A stretch of 56,632 bases of DNA, filler included, from Dugesia japonica (taxonomy: Eukaryota), in NCBI GenBank assembly GCA_001938525.1. It is 5 parts of 5 records of this genome, joined end to end, with 100 filler letters (N's around TTAATTAATTAA, not from the genome) between each part and the next. Parts side by side here need not be neighbours in the genome. Positions count along the whole stretch, not along the records: positions 1 to 11,895 come from MQRL01633457.1; 4 more parts are not named here. One strand, given 5' to 3'. Within the stretch, counting starts at the first letter, position 1. Each line of letters begins with the position of its first letter. The position numbers and the translations under genes were made by a program. This document shows, one piece after another, positions 1-11,995 of this stretch. The notes beneath the pieces are model-generated. The model ran no database searches and was not told the DNA's origin. It saw only the letters and a program-made list of their open reading frames with translations.

Positions 1-22
1 TAATAATAATAATAATAATAAT

Positions 23-58
<36 letters not shown>

Positions 59-118
59 TAATAATAATAATAATTAATAATATTAATAATAATAAACATA
101 ATAATGATAATAATAATG
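1..118. repeat. (TAA)n microsatellite
   Basis: Near-perfect TAA triplet run. Confidence 0.95.
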
Positions 119-189
119 AAAAACCGTATTAAATTATTTATAAAAAAATATTTATTAACTTCTCTAGTGTAAAGAAAGCTAAGAATAGC

Positions 190-2040
190 AAATATCAAAG
201 AGTATTATGTAGTGGTGGGCAGAATTAATGGAGCTATGATATATATAGATGGCATTCTGATATTTACGAACAAGAAAGATCGCCAATAATTGACAGAATA
301 TTGATGGAAGTATTGAAAGCTTTTTTAAGAATAATTCCATAAAAGTGTCAGTTTCTTCAAAGCGAAATCAAATTTCTTGGACACATAATTAACAGGGATA
401 GTATTATAACTATTCCTCTAAAATAGAAACAATAATAACATTTGGCAAACTTAACTGCATAAAGAAGTTACGAAGTTTCTTAGGAATTTGTAATTACTAC
501 AAAAAATTTATAGAAAACTACTTTAGAAAATCAAGGATCTTGGAACAGTTGTGTAACGGACCAAGCAACAAAAATTTAGAATATACATATGAAATAAATG
601 ATACTTTTGAGTGTTTGAAGAAAGTTCTAATGACTGCGTCAATATTATGTTTTCTAGACATAAAAAGAATTTATGTTAGATACAGATCCCAGTTTTGATA
701 CAATTAGAATAATATTTTCATAGCGAGATAAAAAAAAAGAAAAAAGGTTTATGCTATGGATCACACTCAATAACAAGTAATGTAAAGGTGTACTGCATGA
801 CACGAAAGAAGCTATTAGCTGTTTACTATTTCTGCATGCATTTCAAATATTACTTGAACGATAGAAGATTTACTCTTAGAACAGATCATAAAGCTCTAAC
901 ATTCATGATAACGACGAAGAAACCAATTACATCACAATTCCAGACATGCAATTATTACTTTCGAAGTTTAGACATAGCGTTAGAATATATAAATAGAATT
1001 CAACATGGTAATGCACTAATGTTATCCAGACCGAGATGTGAAGTATGCGTTCAATGCCAAATGTCATATGACAATGCCAAGAAAGGGAGGATTAAAGCGA
1101 GAATATTGAAGATAATTGAAAAGGAAAAAAGAGCAATTAAATATTTCTGTGGAAACAGATTTAATCAAGAAAATAAAAATTCCAGATGACAGCATACATG
1201 AGACAATAGAAGAAATACACAAATTATCATGTCATACAGGAATTGAAAATATGTATGGAGCCAAATACAGGAGATAGTTTGTAGCTGTGAAATTTGTCAG
1301 AAGACTAAACTAACGACGACAGCAACTAAAGAGAAGACAAAGAGATTAGAACAATTTATTTGAAGTGATATTCACAGTTATATGTGGACCAATGCGGGAA
1401 ATAAGTGGACGGAAAAAATACATTCTTGGAATAATCGACCAGTACAGTAAATATCTGGTTCTTATAGCATTGCCTAGGCAAGACGAAAAGGCCATATAAA
1501 AGCTATTTTTGAGAAGCTGATATTGAGATTTGAATATCCATTAAAGATAAGATTGTGAAAAAGCCTTTTGAATCAAGAATTTTGAGAGAATTTGCACAGA
1601 AACTAGACATTAAACTTTGCTTTATTAGTCCTTATCATCACAATACAAACGGACAAATTGAAAGACAGTTAAGGAAAATATGAGATTTAATTGATGCCAC
1701 AATTCAGAGAAGAAAGACAACAGATTGGACAGATCTTTTACCGGAAATAGAATTTACGATAAACGCTAAAAAGCAGAAAACAACTGGAAAGAGCCCAGCT
1801 GAGATAGCCTTTGGAAAGAAAACTAGCAGAGAAAAGTAGTACGAGTCGGACGTTTCAGCTAAAACGAAAGAAAACATTTTAGAAGTGACTACTAACTGAG
1901 AATTCATAGTAGGCGACTTTGTACTCATCAAGTTAGAGACAAGTAATAAAATTCAAGACAGATTTGAAGGATCTTATCGAATAATTAGGAAAATTCACGA
2001 AAGATGGTATGCTTTAAAAGGAGAAAATGAAAGCGATTGA
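190..2040 (+). mobile_element. Decayed Ty3/Gypsy pol (RT end, RNase H, integrase)
   Basis: Frameshifted motifs in Gypsy order: MIYIDGILIF (degenerate YxDD), IKFLGHII, RKKLLAVYYF..FKYYLNDRRFTLRTDHKAL (RNase H), HKLSCH/CEICQKTK (HHCC), KYILGIIDQYSKY, SPYHHNTNGQIER, GKSPAEIAFG, FIVGDFVLI..FEGSY. Confidence 0.93.
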
Positions 2041-2780
2041 AATAATAATTATTATTAATTTATTTCATTTTACCTCAATTTATCTAATCAGTTATCTGTG
2101 TGAATTGTGCAATAAATTCTGTCTTAAAATAATGGTTGAGATTGAAAACATACAAACAATCATACTAATGCATAATATTCCATAATTAATTTTAATTAAA
2201 TTAATTAATATCTCATCTCATATTATCAATTAAATAAAGTTATTTATTTTAAGTAAAATCTGCTAATTAAATACTATTAAAGATTTAATTTGAAATTTAT
2301 ATTTTTCGAAATGTTCTTATTTTGTTTTATCAATCAATATTAAAATCAATTGAATTTTCTGTAAAAGGTTTTTTAAAACAAAAAATATAATTCCCAATAT
2401 TAGTGAAATTAATACTTTATCATTAATTTTTATAAAACTTTTCAAAAAACCGAAGAATACAAAGGTGACAGAAAAATTTTCCGGCATATTTTATCAAAAA
2501 TTCTCATTAATTAAACCAACTTGTCATTCATCATTTTTTAATGAATAGACTTTATTAATAATCTCACGAGTTTTCTCCTTTCAATTGAATAAAAAATAAA
2601 ACATTATAAACAATTAAACAAAGTCAATATTCTTTTGGTTTTAATTTTTGAAATTTGAAATTATCAATTTTTGAAATAAAATTGAAAACGTTTTAATTGA
2701 TCGAAATAAAATGAAATAAAAAGTACTCTATAATTATTAATAGTACATTTCTTTATAATTAAATTTCATTGGTTTAAATC

Positions 2781-2840
2781 TGAATTCAAGGTAACATGAA
2801 GAAATTCAAGGTTACATGAATTCAAGGTTATGGAATTCAT
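2781..2840. repeat. Short tandem repeat, 3 copies of AATTCAAGGTWA
   Basis: Copies at about 2783, 2803 and 2819. Confidence 0.75.
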
Positions 2841-3604
2841 TTGATTTCATTACTGATTTTCTTGAAAAATTAAGTCACTTTTATGTAAAAAAAATATATT
2901 TGTTGTTTTTATTTACTTTTGATCGCAGATTGACCATTTTCAACTAAAACATGTAAACATAATATAAATATTTGATTTTAATAATTTAAAATTTGTGGTT
3001 TTACAACTGGACAGCAGACGTGTTTAATTATATTAATTATTTATTTTGCGTTTGAACTCCAGATATCATTGTATTTGATCATGATTTTACTATTTTTTAT
3101 CTTGGAAATTAATAATGAGCAAAATTAANNNNNNNNNNNNNNNNNNNNNNNNNNNNNNNNNNNNNNNNNNNNNNNNNNNNNNNNNNNNNNNNNNNNNNNN
3201 NNNNNNNNNNNNNNNNNNNNNNNNNNNNNNNNNNNNNNNNNNNNNNNNNNNNNNNNNNNNNNNNNNNNNNNNNNNNNNNNNNNNNNNNNNNNNNNNNNNN
3301 NNNNNNNNNNNNNNNNNNNNNNNNNNNNNNNNNNNNNNNNNNNNNNNNNNNNNNNNNNNNNNNNNNNNNNNNNNNNNNNNNNNNNNNNNNNNNNNNNNNN
3401 NNNNNNNNNNNNNNNNNNNNNNNNNNNNNNNNNNNNNNNNNNNNNNNNNNNNNNNNNNNNNNNNNNNNNNNNNNNNNNNNNNNNNNNNNNNNNNNNNNNN
3501 NNNNNNNNNNNNNNNNNNNNNNNNNNNNNNNNNNNNNNNNNNNNNNNNNNNNNNNNNNNNNNNNNNNNNNNNNNNNNNNNNNNNNNNNNNNNNNNNNNNN
3601 NNNN

Positions 3605-3637
3605 AATAATAATAATAATAATAATAATAATAATTAA
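3605..3637. repeat. (AAT)n microsatellite at gap edge
   Basis: Triplet run abutting an N gap. Confidence 0.9.
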
Positions 3638-4648
3638 TAAAAAAATAATTCAAGAAAACGTTGACTCCAACAAGTATCAAGAAATACTTGGCAGACATAT
3701 CTAACAAATTTTCATAGATAGATTCATGCCACAATCTTCTCTGATCAGATTCATAAGCTTTAATTATCATCTTCTCATAATATTTCACAATTTTGTTTTG
3801 GATTTCAAAATTTTTCATTTTTGGTATATAAATACTTTATGAATTTTTAATTTCAATAATTAACTTAATTAAAACTGTTTCTTTATTATCATTTACTAAG
3901 TATTTTATGAGTAGCAAGCAGCCTCGTGATCAAAGAATATGCATAGAAAATATTAATGTGCAGAACTTTTTTGGAATAAAATTTTTTTAATCATTATATG
4001 TTTACAAAAGAAAAGATAAAAAGATACATACTTACTGTCGATGTACCAAGCATATATCACTCAGTTTTTAATATATTAATTGAAAATTTAAAACCCTTAA
4101 AATAAAAAATCATAATTTTTAAAATTTTTTGAATAACAATGAGCATCACGCACGCAAGTACACACAAACAAATAAACAAACATACATCACTGGGTTTTTA
4201 ATACATTAATTATTTTTTAGAAAAAATGGACTACCATAAATAACTGCGGTATTTTTTTGGGTTATTTATGTAGATCATTATTTTTTATAAATATTAATTT
4301 TATTGTTTTAAATTCAATTTCTTTGATTAAATATGTCTATCTAATTAAATCAAATTGTTTTATCTAATCTCACCACCACCATTATCACATATTTGATATT
4401 CTGTCAATGGAACAANNNNNNNNNNNNNNNNNNNNNNNNNNNNNNNNNNNNNNNNNNNNNNNNNNNNNNNNNNNNNNNNNNNNNNNNNNNNNNNNNNNNN
4501 NNNNNNNNNNNNNNNNNNNNNNNNNNNNNNNNNNNNNNNNNNNNNNNNNNNNNNNNNNNNNNNNNNNNNNNNNNNNNNNNNNNNNNNNNNNNNNNNNNNN
4601 NNNNNNNNNNNNNNNNNNNNNNNNNNNNNNNNNNNNNNNNNNNNNNNN

Positions 4649-4713
<65 letters not shown>
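4649..4713. repeat. (ATT)n microsatellite at gap edge
   Basis: Triplet run abutting an N gap. Confidence 0.95.
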
Positions 4714-4714
<1 letters not shown>

Positions 4715-5764
4715 TCAAAAAGGTCGAGAATTTAATGAAAACATTATTCTCAAATAAAGAGTTTACAGAGATGAAATAATCTGCAACTATGTAAGTATTT
4801 TTGCAAATATTAAAAAATTTTAGGAAGAGATGACTTTACGGAAACTAGCGAATTTAGAAAAAATTAAAGAAAAATGATGTTATTAGATCAAATAGCAAAA
4901 AAGTCAAATTAATGCTGTGAGAAGTACACCAGAGTTTCCTGCTGAGATTATTGAATACTCATAAACCACACAGTGAGTAAACAGGTAGATATATTGGCTA
5001 TGTCGTAAAACGAGGCATACAAAGGTAATCTTTCAACAAAAATGGTAGTGTTGGATCTATTAGAAGATATGATAAATAAGTCGAGTTTGTCCTTCAGAGA
5101 AGAAGCCATTAAAATGTTTTGATTGTTTTTGCATATCAAACGGAAATTCCTTTTCAATAACTGTAATTTATTTAATTCATTCTTATATTATTCTGGCAAA
5201 CCTCCATATTATTTATCAATAACCAAAGCAATTTTTTATTTGAAAAAGTCAAAATTCATATATTTAATAACATGCGACCAACTTTCTGATTTAATAAAAT
5301 AAAATACTAGTGCTCATTAGAATTAATAGTTAGATTATATAGCTGAATATAGAAAAAGATAAAAACAGTATTAGCAAACAATGTAATTTCAACCGGATGA
5401 TTTAATTATATTCACAAAGAGGAATTATTTACAAATATAAATGGTTTTGAAGATTGGAAAAATGATTTAAAAAATTATTTATATTATAAATAAAGTATAT
5501 TTTACCAACAAATCAATTATTTTAAATTTTTTTATTTTTTTTATAGATATTGAATTCTTAATTTAAAAAACTGTCTAAAATTGTAATTCTTATTTTACAA
5601 GGTACTTTAACCAAAATATTTGAAAATATTTTTTATTTTTATTCTATGTTGAGTTTTTAATATTTTTAAAATAACTTTTTTGCAAAACGTCTTGGACGTT
5701 TCAAATTAATTNATAGATAATACATAATGATACCGAAATTTATGTAATTAACTGATAAAACACT

Positions 5765-6000
5765 TTAATCATCAATATATATTTACCATCATTGTTAAGG
5801 AGATCTGTCACTCTTTGCACCAAACTTTCAATAATTTCCTCATAAAACGAAAGCCTTTGTGAGGTAAAGTATTTCGATAGGACGTTTTCAATAGTATCTA
5901 GATCCAAGAAATTGCCAAGAAATAGCGAAATCTTTGGTACTGCAGAGAAGCAATATCAGGAATACAAAGTGATGGCAGGAGGAGGTTCTAACAAAATCTT
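5765..6000 (-). mobile_element. Very old mariner transposase C-terminal remnant
   Basis: LPSLCIPDIASLQYQRFRY resembles HPPYSPDIAPSDYHLFRS, then after a frameshift ENVLSKYFTSQRLSFYEEIIESLVQRVTDLLNNDGKYI matches the mariner C-terminal pattern. Confidence 0.55.
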
Positions 6001-7089
6001 ATGACCTTAAATTGAGCGATTTTTGTGGAGTGTACAAAAGATATCTTACTTTGTCCTCACTAGACCAGTGCCAGACATTTTGCCATCAGTTTTTTTTTTC
6101 AAAAAATATATTAATAAAATTTCAACAGTATATTAAAAAATATATACACCATTATTTTTAAACTTTAGTTTTATTATAATAAATGACAAGTAAAAAAGTG
6201 ATTATTATTCAAATGTCAAATTCGATTTTTCCCAAATACTGTGAATCAAAATTGACAACTACAATCGACACGTTAATGTGTTGAAACAATTAAAACAACA
6301 AAAAAAGAAAGATCACCAATAATTTTATTTTTTCTTTCTTGCATTTTTATGTTTAAAATTTAAATTTCATAATTCATTCACAAAATTGNTATAATTATTA
6401 ATTTAAATTTGCTGTTTTTCCATTAAAATTTCACAAATTGTTTTCCGTTTTTCCACCATTCTGTTTTTGAATTCACGCAAAATCCATATACCAGCGTGCT
6501 GGTATAAAATAGGCACAAATGCATTAGTGTTAAAGCAGAACTATATGTTTTACTTTTATTGATTTGACTAAGACTAGTTTTTATTATGGGTGAGTAAGCT
6601 TAGAAATCAAAAGTAGATGAATAGGAGCACACTGGCTCACCCTTTTGAAAAGGAGAAAATCTTTTCAGGCGACATTTTTTTCATGAGAATTTAGTTTAAA
6701 AATATTTTTATTTTTGGAATTTTGACTGTCGACCAATACACATATAATCCAAATTGGGCTTGCGGAAATTTTTCTTTACTTCTCCCACAATTTTTATCAT
6801 GTTTTTGGTGATTTAAAATAACAGTTAAAAGTAGTGATAAAATAAACAAAATAACTTAAATGAATAATAATACTACAAGTCTTTACATACATTTTTAATG
6901 TTAGAATAATAATACATACATAATAAATTAAATAACAAAAGAACAAAAGATTTTCAATCAACTATTCTTTCAAAGTAAATCTAGTTTTGTTACATCTAAT
7001 AATTGTCTAGAAACAATTTTAATTAAGAAATAAAAGATTATTACCTTTATATGTACTGGATAAGCTCATCGATTACGGGTTAAAACAAG

Positions 7090-7570
7090 TAATGGTAAAC
7101 TTTTAATATTTCCCATCCATACTCTTGTGTCATCTGTGTTAGTCAAAGCTACTTTAGGTCTTTCAAAACTATATATTACTATATATTTCTAAATTTCTAT
7201 TAAGAAATTAATTATTATATATAAATTGATGGTTTCTGGTACCTATTGTAAACTCCGTTAACCTAGACCGATTGATTGTTGGTGAAACAATTAAGATATG
7301 ACTGGCATGTTAAGGCAGTATCTTTTATTGTTACTTACTTTGCCTTCATCATAACCTTTTCGCGGAGGAGACTGTAAAATATCAGTCTCATAAATATCCA
7401 TTCCTTATGTATAATACATTTTAAATTGTCTTTGAATTTCTCTACTACAGAATTTTAATCGTTTTTAGAAGATGGTTTCTTTGTACAATAATTAGAGGTA
7501 TCCAACTATTTATTTTGAACCTATAAGCCTAATAGGTTTTTTAACCCAGTGGTTTTAATTTCTACAAAGA
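7090..7570 (-). pseudogene. Polinton/adintovirus-type protein-primed PolB, C-terminal remnant
   Basis: LDTSNY..VVEKFKD, KEWIFMRLIFYSLLREKVMMKAK and KVALTNTDDTRVW align by eye with KFKDE..KEWIFLRPKFYSL..MMKSKG at 22610-22730. Confidence 0.78.
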
Positions 7571-7592
7571 TTAAAAAAATGGTGCAAGAATA

Positions 7593-8290
7593 AAATCCGT
7601 ATGCTGTCCAAATTGTCTAATTTGGTTCAGATACAGAAAAAAGTAGAGGTCCCACGAACATATTTGCAGAAAAATTCAAACTGGAACGACATTATATGCT
7701 ATGCCTACACAAAATGAGTTAGTATATAAGGATTACTCAAAAACTGTAACTCTACCCTTTGTAATATTTGAAGATTTCAAATCTGTATTGAAAAAAGATT
7801 CTATTTTTACTGAACTTTTATTAGTAAACTATTTTACTAATGATATCAAATATCATCAATTCATTGTAAATGATTGTATACATTAATAAAATTATAGTGC
7901 GTCCTTACTATGAAGAAAATAGTAAAAAGCAAAGGAAAATGTCAATATATGAAAAAAATTTCTTTAACACATCAATTATATGTTATTTCTATTATAAACC
8001 TATAATCAAACAAGTTTGTGATCATAACAACTTTTCGGCTGTAAGAATCGTTTAGACTAAATGATGATCTATTTAAAGTTGGACGTGTTCTTATTAGCTG
8101 CTTTCTTTCAGCAATTTTGCACCAAATCATTATAGCATGGGCAATGGCTTTGATGATTTTAAATGAAATCATCGATCGTTTGACTTATAACGATATGTAT
8201 AATTTCTTTGAGAGTGAAATTAGAGGAGAGTTCATTTTTATTACCAAACATCATGTTATTAGTGATGAAAATACAGAACTGTGGCATCTT
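7593..8290 (+). pseudogene. Polinton/adintovirus-type PolB, N-terminal and middle remnant with deletions
   Basis: CPNCLIWF..HEHIC, LPFVIFEDFKS (ExoI-like PFVIYADFES), CYFYYKPIIKQVCDHNNFS (endonuclease VII-like CxxC..DHxH), DMYNFFESEIRGE (compare DMY.FFE.GIRGG). Confidence 0.8.
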
Positions 8291-8299
8291 GAAGAAGAT

Positions 8300-8520
8300 A
8301 AACCTCAAATCAAATGTAATTTACAACAATTAAATAAATTAAGCAAATAAAATTCAATAAGATAAAATCGATTCCAAGAAATATTTCTTTTTTAACAATA
8401 AATATTAAATTAATCAAAACGTCAATTCCTGAAGAAGACAAAATCGAAAATTCTTAATACTTTCAAAAAACCAAAATATATATTATAAAGAAAACAATAT
8501 TTTGATAAAAGCTTTTAATT
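8300..8520 (+). mobile_element. PLE 3' end (family A) with degenerate hammerhead core at 8423-8459
   Basis: attaaattaatcaaaacgtcaattcCTGAAGAagacaaaatcGAAAatt matches the copies near 26340, 26490 and 31890. Confidence 0.7.
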
Positions 8521-9205
8521 TTAATTATTAAATTAACTTTAATTCTTATATTTAAAATTGTAAGGAGAGAAATATTTATTTTTAAAATATTTTTGAGAAC
8601 AAGTTCTTTTTCAATGCGGAAAAAGTTTCTTACTCGCAACTAAATTCTTAATTTTTTGACAATTATAAATCATTTCACTATTTAAAATAAGCACTGATTT
8701 TTCAGAATTAAATTTGTTACAGAAATTTACAAACCACTCATAAATTCAAAATATATTCGATATTTTCTACAGTTTCTAATCTTTTAAATATAAAAATAAT
8801 TTTACTGACAGACATGAATTGAATGTAAAATTTCATGATTATATAATTAATATTTAAAGATTTTTGCTAGTGTATTTGCATACGAATAGGTTTTAAAAGG
8901 CCGCATATTAACCTAAAATCTAGTTTCACCCAGAGAAATTATCTTCTTATTTTGTCTTATCCTTTAAAGGAAAACCTATACGTAATTCTTTCTTTTTACA
9001 ATGATTAAGGATTACAGATTGTTGTCATTTTGAACGTATTAGTGAAACCTTTTTTTGTACTCATTATAAAAATAAATAATTTTCCTCGCATTTTTATAAG
9101 TCATATTTAAATCAGCAGCAATTATCTACTTCACTTATAAGTTTTATATGGTAAGCTCTATTCTCATTAGACACTGTTCGAATTTAACTTAATATTTGTC
9201 TATAT

Positions 9206-11834
9206 CAGTGTTTCCAAAACTGGGGTACATGGAAATATATCAAGGATACTTCTTTGAAATATGACGTTTTGAAAAGTCATTAATCTAAAATGAGTTTTTT
9301 TCAGAATGTGTATATGCAATAGCCAGTTGAAGAATAAATATTTAATTTATTTATTTTTTCATATTGCCTTGCAATGTAAGAGAGGAATAATAGTCGTGTA
9401 GAATCATTAGTAGATATATATGAGCGCACTACCACCATTAACCCTCTTTCGGCGGGGAGCTCCCAATATAAAATTGCAGCATAAGAACGCCTGGATTATC
9501 GTAGATTTATTGATTAGTGATTACTGATCAGGTCATAAAAAGTTTTTAAAATTTTTTTGTTTTAATCATTGGGAATATTTAGGGAATTTTAAATTTGGTC
9601 TTAAGTTTTTTTGAATTTTTAAAAAAATGTATTTTGGATAATATTTTGATATTGGTGGAGGGTGGTATTGTGTATGTATGTGTGTGGAAAATGCAGGAGT
9701 ACATTTAGGTGCAGTCTGTATGGCGAAGTGGTGTGTCTAAGGATATTGTGAAAAACAAAATATGACTAATGGTGTGTGTTGGATTTATTGATTTTTGGGT
9801 TTTGAGAGTAAATTTGATCAGGCCCTTGAATTCAACCTATACAGTTCCTAAAGGATTTATGGTGTAGAATGCACTTGAGTGTTCTAAAGTTGTGAAAGTA
9901 TTACCACAGGGCAATACGTTATTGCGCATTTCTCGATAAAAGGGTGTGATGTTGTGAGTAGTTGAGGGATTTTGGGAAATTTTATGTTGTTGGAAAAGAG
10001 AGGTATTGATGTAGGTAATGGTATTGGTTTTGTAGGCGATTTGTTGAATTATTGATTTATTTTTTGGAGGATAAAGATTATCGGCTTGTAAGTAGTATAG
10101 GTGGATAAAAATGCTTTTATGGGTTAAAAATATTTTCGTTGGAAATAAAAATGTAATATGAAAGAGGTGGGTTTCATTTTTTCTAAAGTGTATGAATATT
10201 TAAAAATCATGGTAGGGAGAAAGAGTTTAGAGATGAATGTTCAAGCAATTTTAATATTTGAATGTTCAGGAAGTCTAAAATCTCTTAGTGTGCGTATGTG
10301 TGTTGCGAGTGTGTTGTATTCATGTTTCAAAGGCAAATTATGTATAATTCTACTTGATAGAAAATATAGAAATAGATCAACTATATATGATAAATATGTC
10401 TGAGTTTGAATTTGAAGAATCAGACATGCTAATGAGTTTGGATAATATACGTAAATTCGAAAGAAAAATCCACGACTTTCAATCAATATTCCTTTAAATA
10501 AATCGTAGGAGATAGTTGAGAAAAACGATGAAGAAGTTTTTAAACATTCTAATTTAGATATCATACACAGATCAAATGTGTTTGATGGAGAGAAAATTTA
10601 TTTGTTGTTGTTAGAAATGGTAATAATTACCATTATTTTTAATTCTATCAACCAAATATTACTGTTGTTATTTCAATGCAATTGAGAAAACAAGTTTCTT
10701 AATGTTTGATTTTCTGATATCTATTTTCTCTCGAAATTTATACCGACTATCAAAGTTTATTCTGTTTGCAATCGATATTTTTCTTTATAAATTTGAGAAT
10801 CAAGATGAAATAACTTTACTAGATTTTTCATTAAGAATTTAAAATTTTCTAGTTCTGTGAATTTGAGTTTTCTTCTCATTCTTCTTTTTGCAGGGTAACT
10901 GGACGGTCTATAAATCGAATTTTCATTAATGCATGGAACCATTCTTGTTATTACTTCTCTAACTTGTAACGACATAATAGTATCTCATTGTTTGAGATCT
11001 CTGTCATAGAAAGCATGAACGGTTCCAAATTGTAATATATCGTTAACATTTCTGCTTTCCCCACTACACATTTTGATGGATTATTAGAAAAACTCAATGT
11101 ATAACTTTGATTCATTATTAATACAAATTTGTATACCTCATTTCGTTCAAGTTGCATATCTTTATTTGGTTGATCATTTTATATTGTCCGATTGAGATGT
11201 TCTTGAAGCTTATTTATATACTTGTGTAAGTGTATAAACATTTTTATTGGTTCTAGATTGAATACAAAAATACCTGAACGAATAGAGAATCATCTAGAGA
11301 AACAAAATATAAAAGATAAAAAAGTTAAATGGTATATCAATTAATGTTTATTATTGTAAGTATTTTGTTTCTTTTTATATATAATTGAATTAGGAATGCA
11401 ACACAGATGCAACGCACGAATATCCAACATCACGTGTGTGGCACTTTTTTAGACTACTCGAACCATATAATTCGCTTGTGCAACATGAATGCAACACCCA
11501 CAACACACTCACATACACATAACTATTTTAGACTACTCAATAACTATAAGATAACCCATATGTTCTTATCCCGAGGCAGGGCAAATAGCAGCAATGCACT
11601 CCCATCTCTCTACTACTATTTAATGAGAAAAATTAAAATATAAACCTGGATAACATTAATATTTCTTCGTACATTAAGTAATTTATACTTTATCANTAAT
11701 TAAAATTATAATATCAAACGTTAGTGAATTTTGCGTTAAATTTTGATTAAAAATTAGGATTTTTTACAATTAAATTTTGATTGGGGTACTTATAAATAAA
11801 AGCGGCATTCTATGTAAAACGTTGGGAAACACTG
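9206..11834. mobile_element. Non-autonomous hAT (Charlie/Buster-type) element with about 2 kb of internal cargo
   Basis: TIRs CAGTGTTTCCAAAAC and GTTGGGAAACACTG; 8-bp TSD GTCTATAT/GTATATAT (7 of 8 match). Confidence 0.75.
9480..10600 (-). mobile_element. Possible highly decayed PLE (RT C-terminal region onward) nested in the hAT element
   Basis: A/C-rich strand; TISYDL..FFFRIYVYYPNS..SYIVDLF..SSRI loosely resembles the PLE thumb region. Weak. Confidence 0.3.
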
Positions 11835-11895
11835 GTATATATGGAGTAAAAATATCAGCAAATATTTATCAATCATTTTAAATGTGAAAAAATAT

Positions 11896-11995
11896 NNNNN
11901 NNNNNNNNNNNNNNNNNNNNNNNNNNNNNNNNNNNNNNNTTAATTAATTAANNNNNNNNNNNNNNNNNNNNNNNNNNNNNNNNNNNNNNNNNNNN
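11896..11995. other. Artificial contig linker
   Basis: 44 N + TTAATTAATTAA (stops in all six frames) + 44 N. Confidence 0.97.

Noticed and set aside
3090-4779. Long ORF calls with poly-X, poly-Y, poly-L or poly-I (also 19689-20110, 23029-23399, 43665-43958)
   Set aside because: They are produced by N gaps and (TAA)n microsatellites.
11160-11290. Group I intron-type GIY-YIG reading (SGIF..QEHL)
   Set aside because: Needs an assumed frameshift and has no YIG motif.
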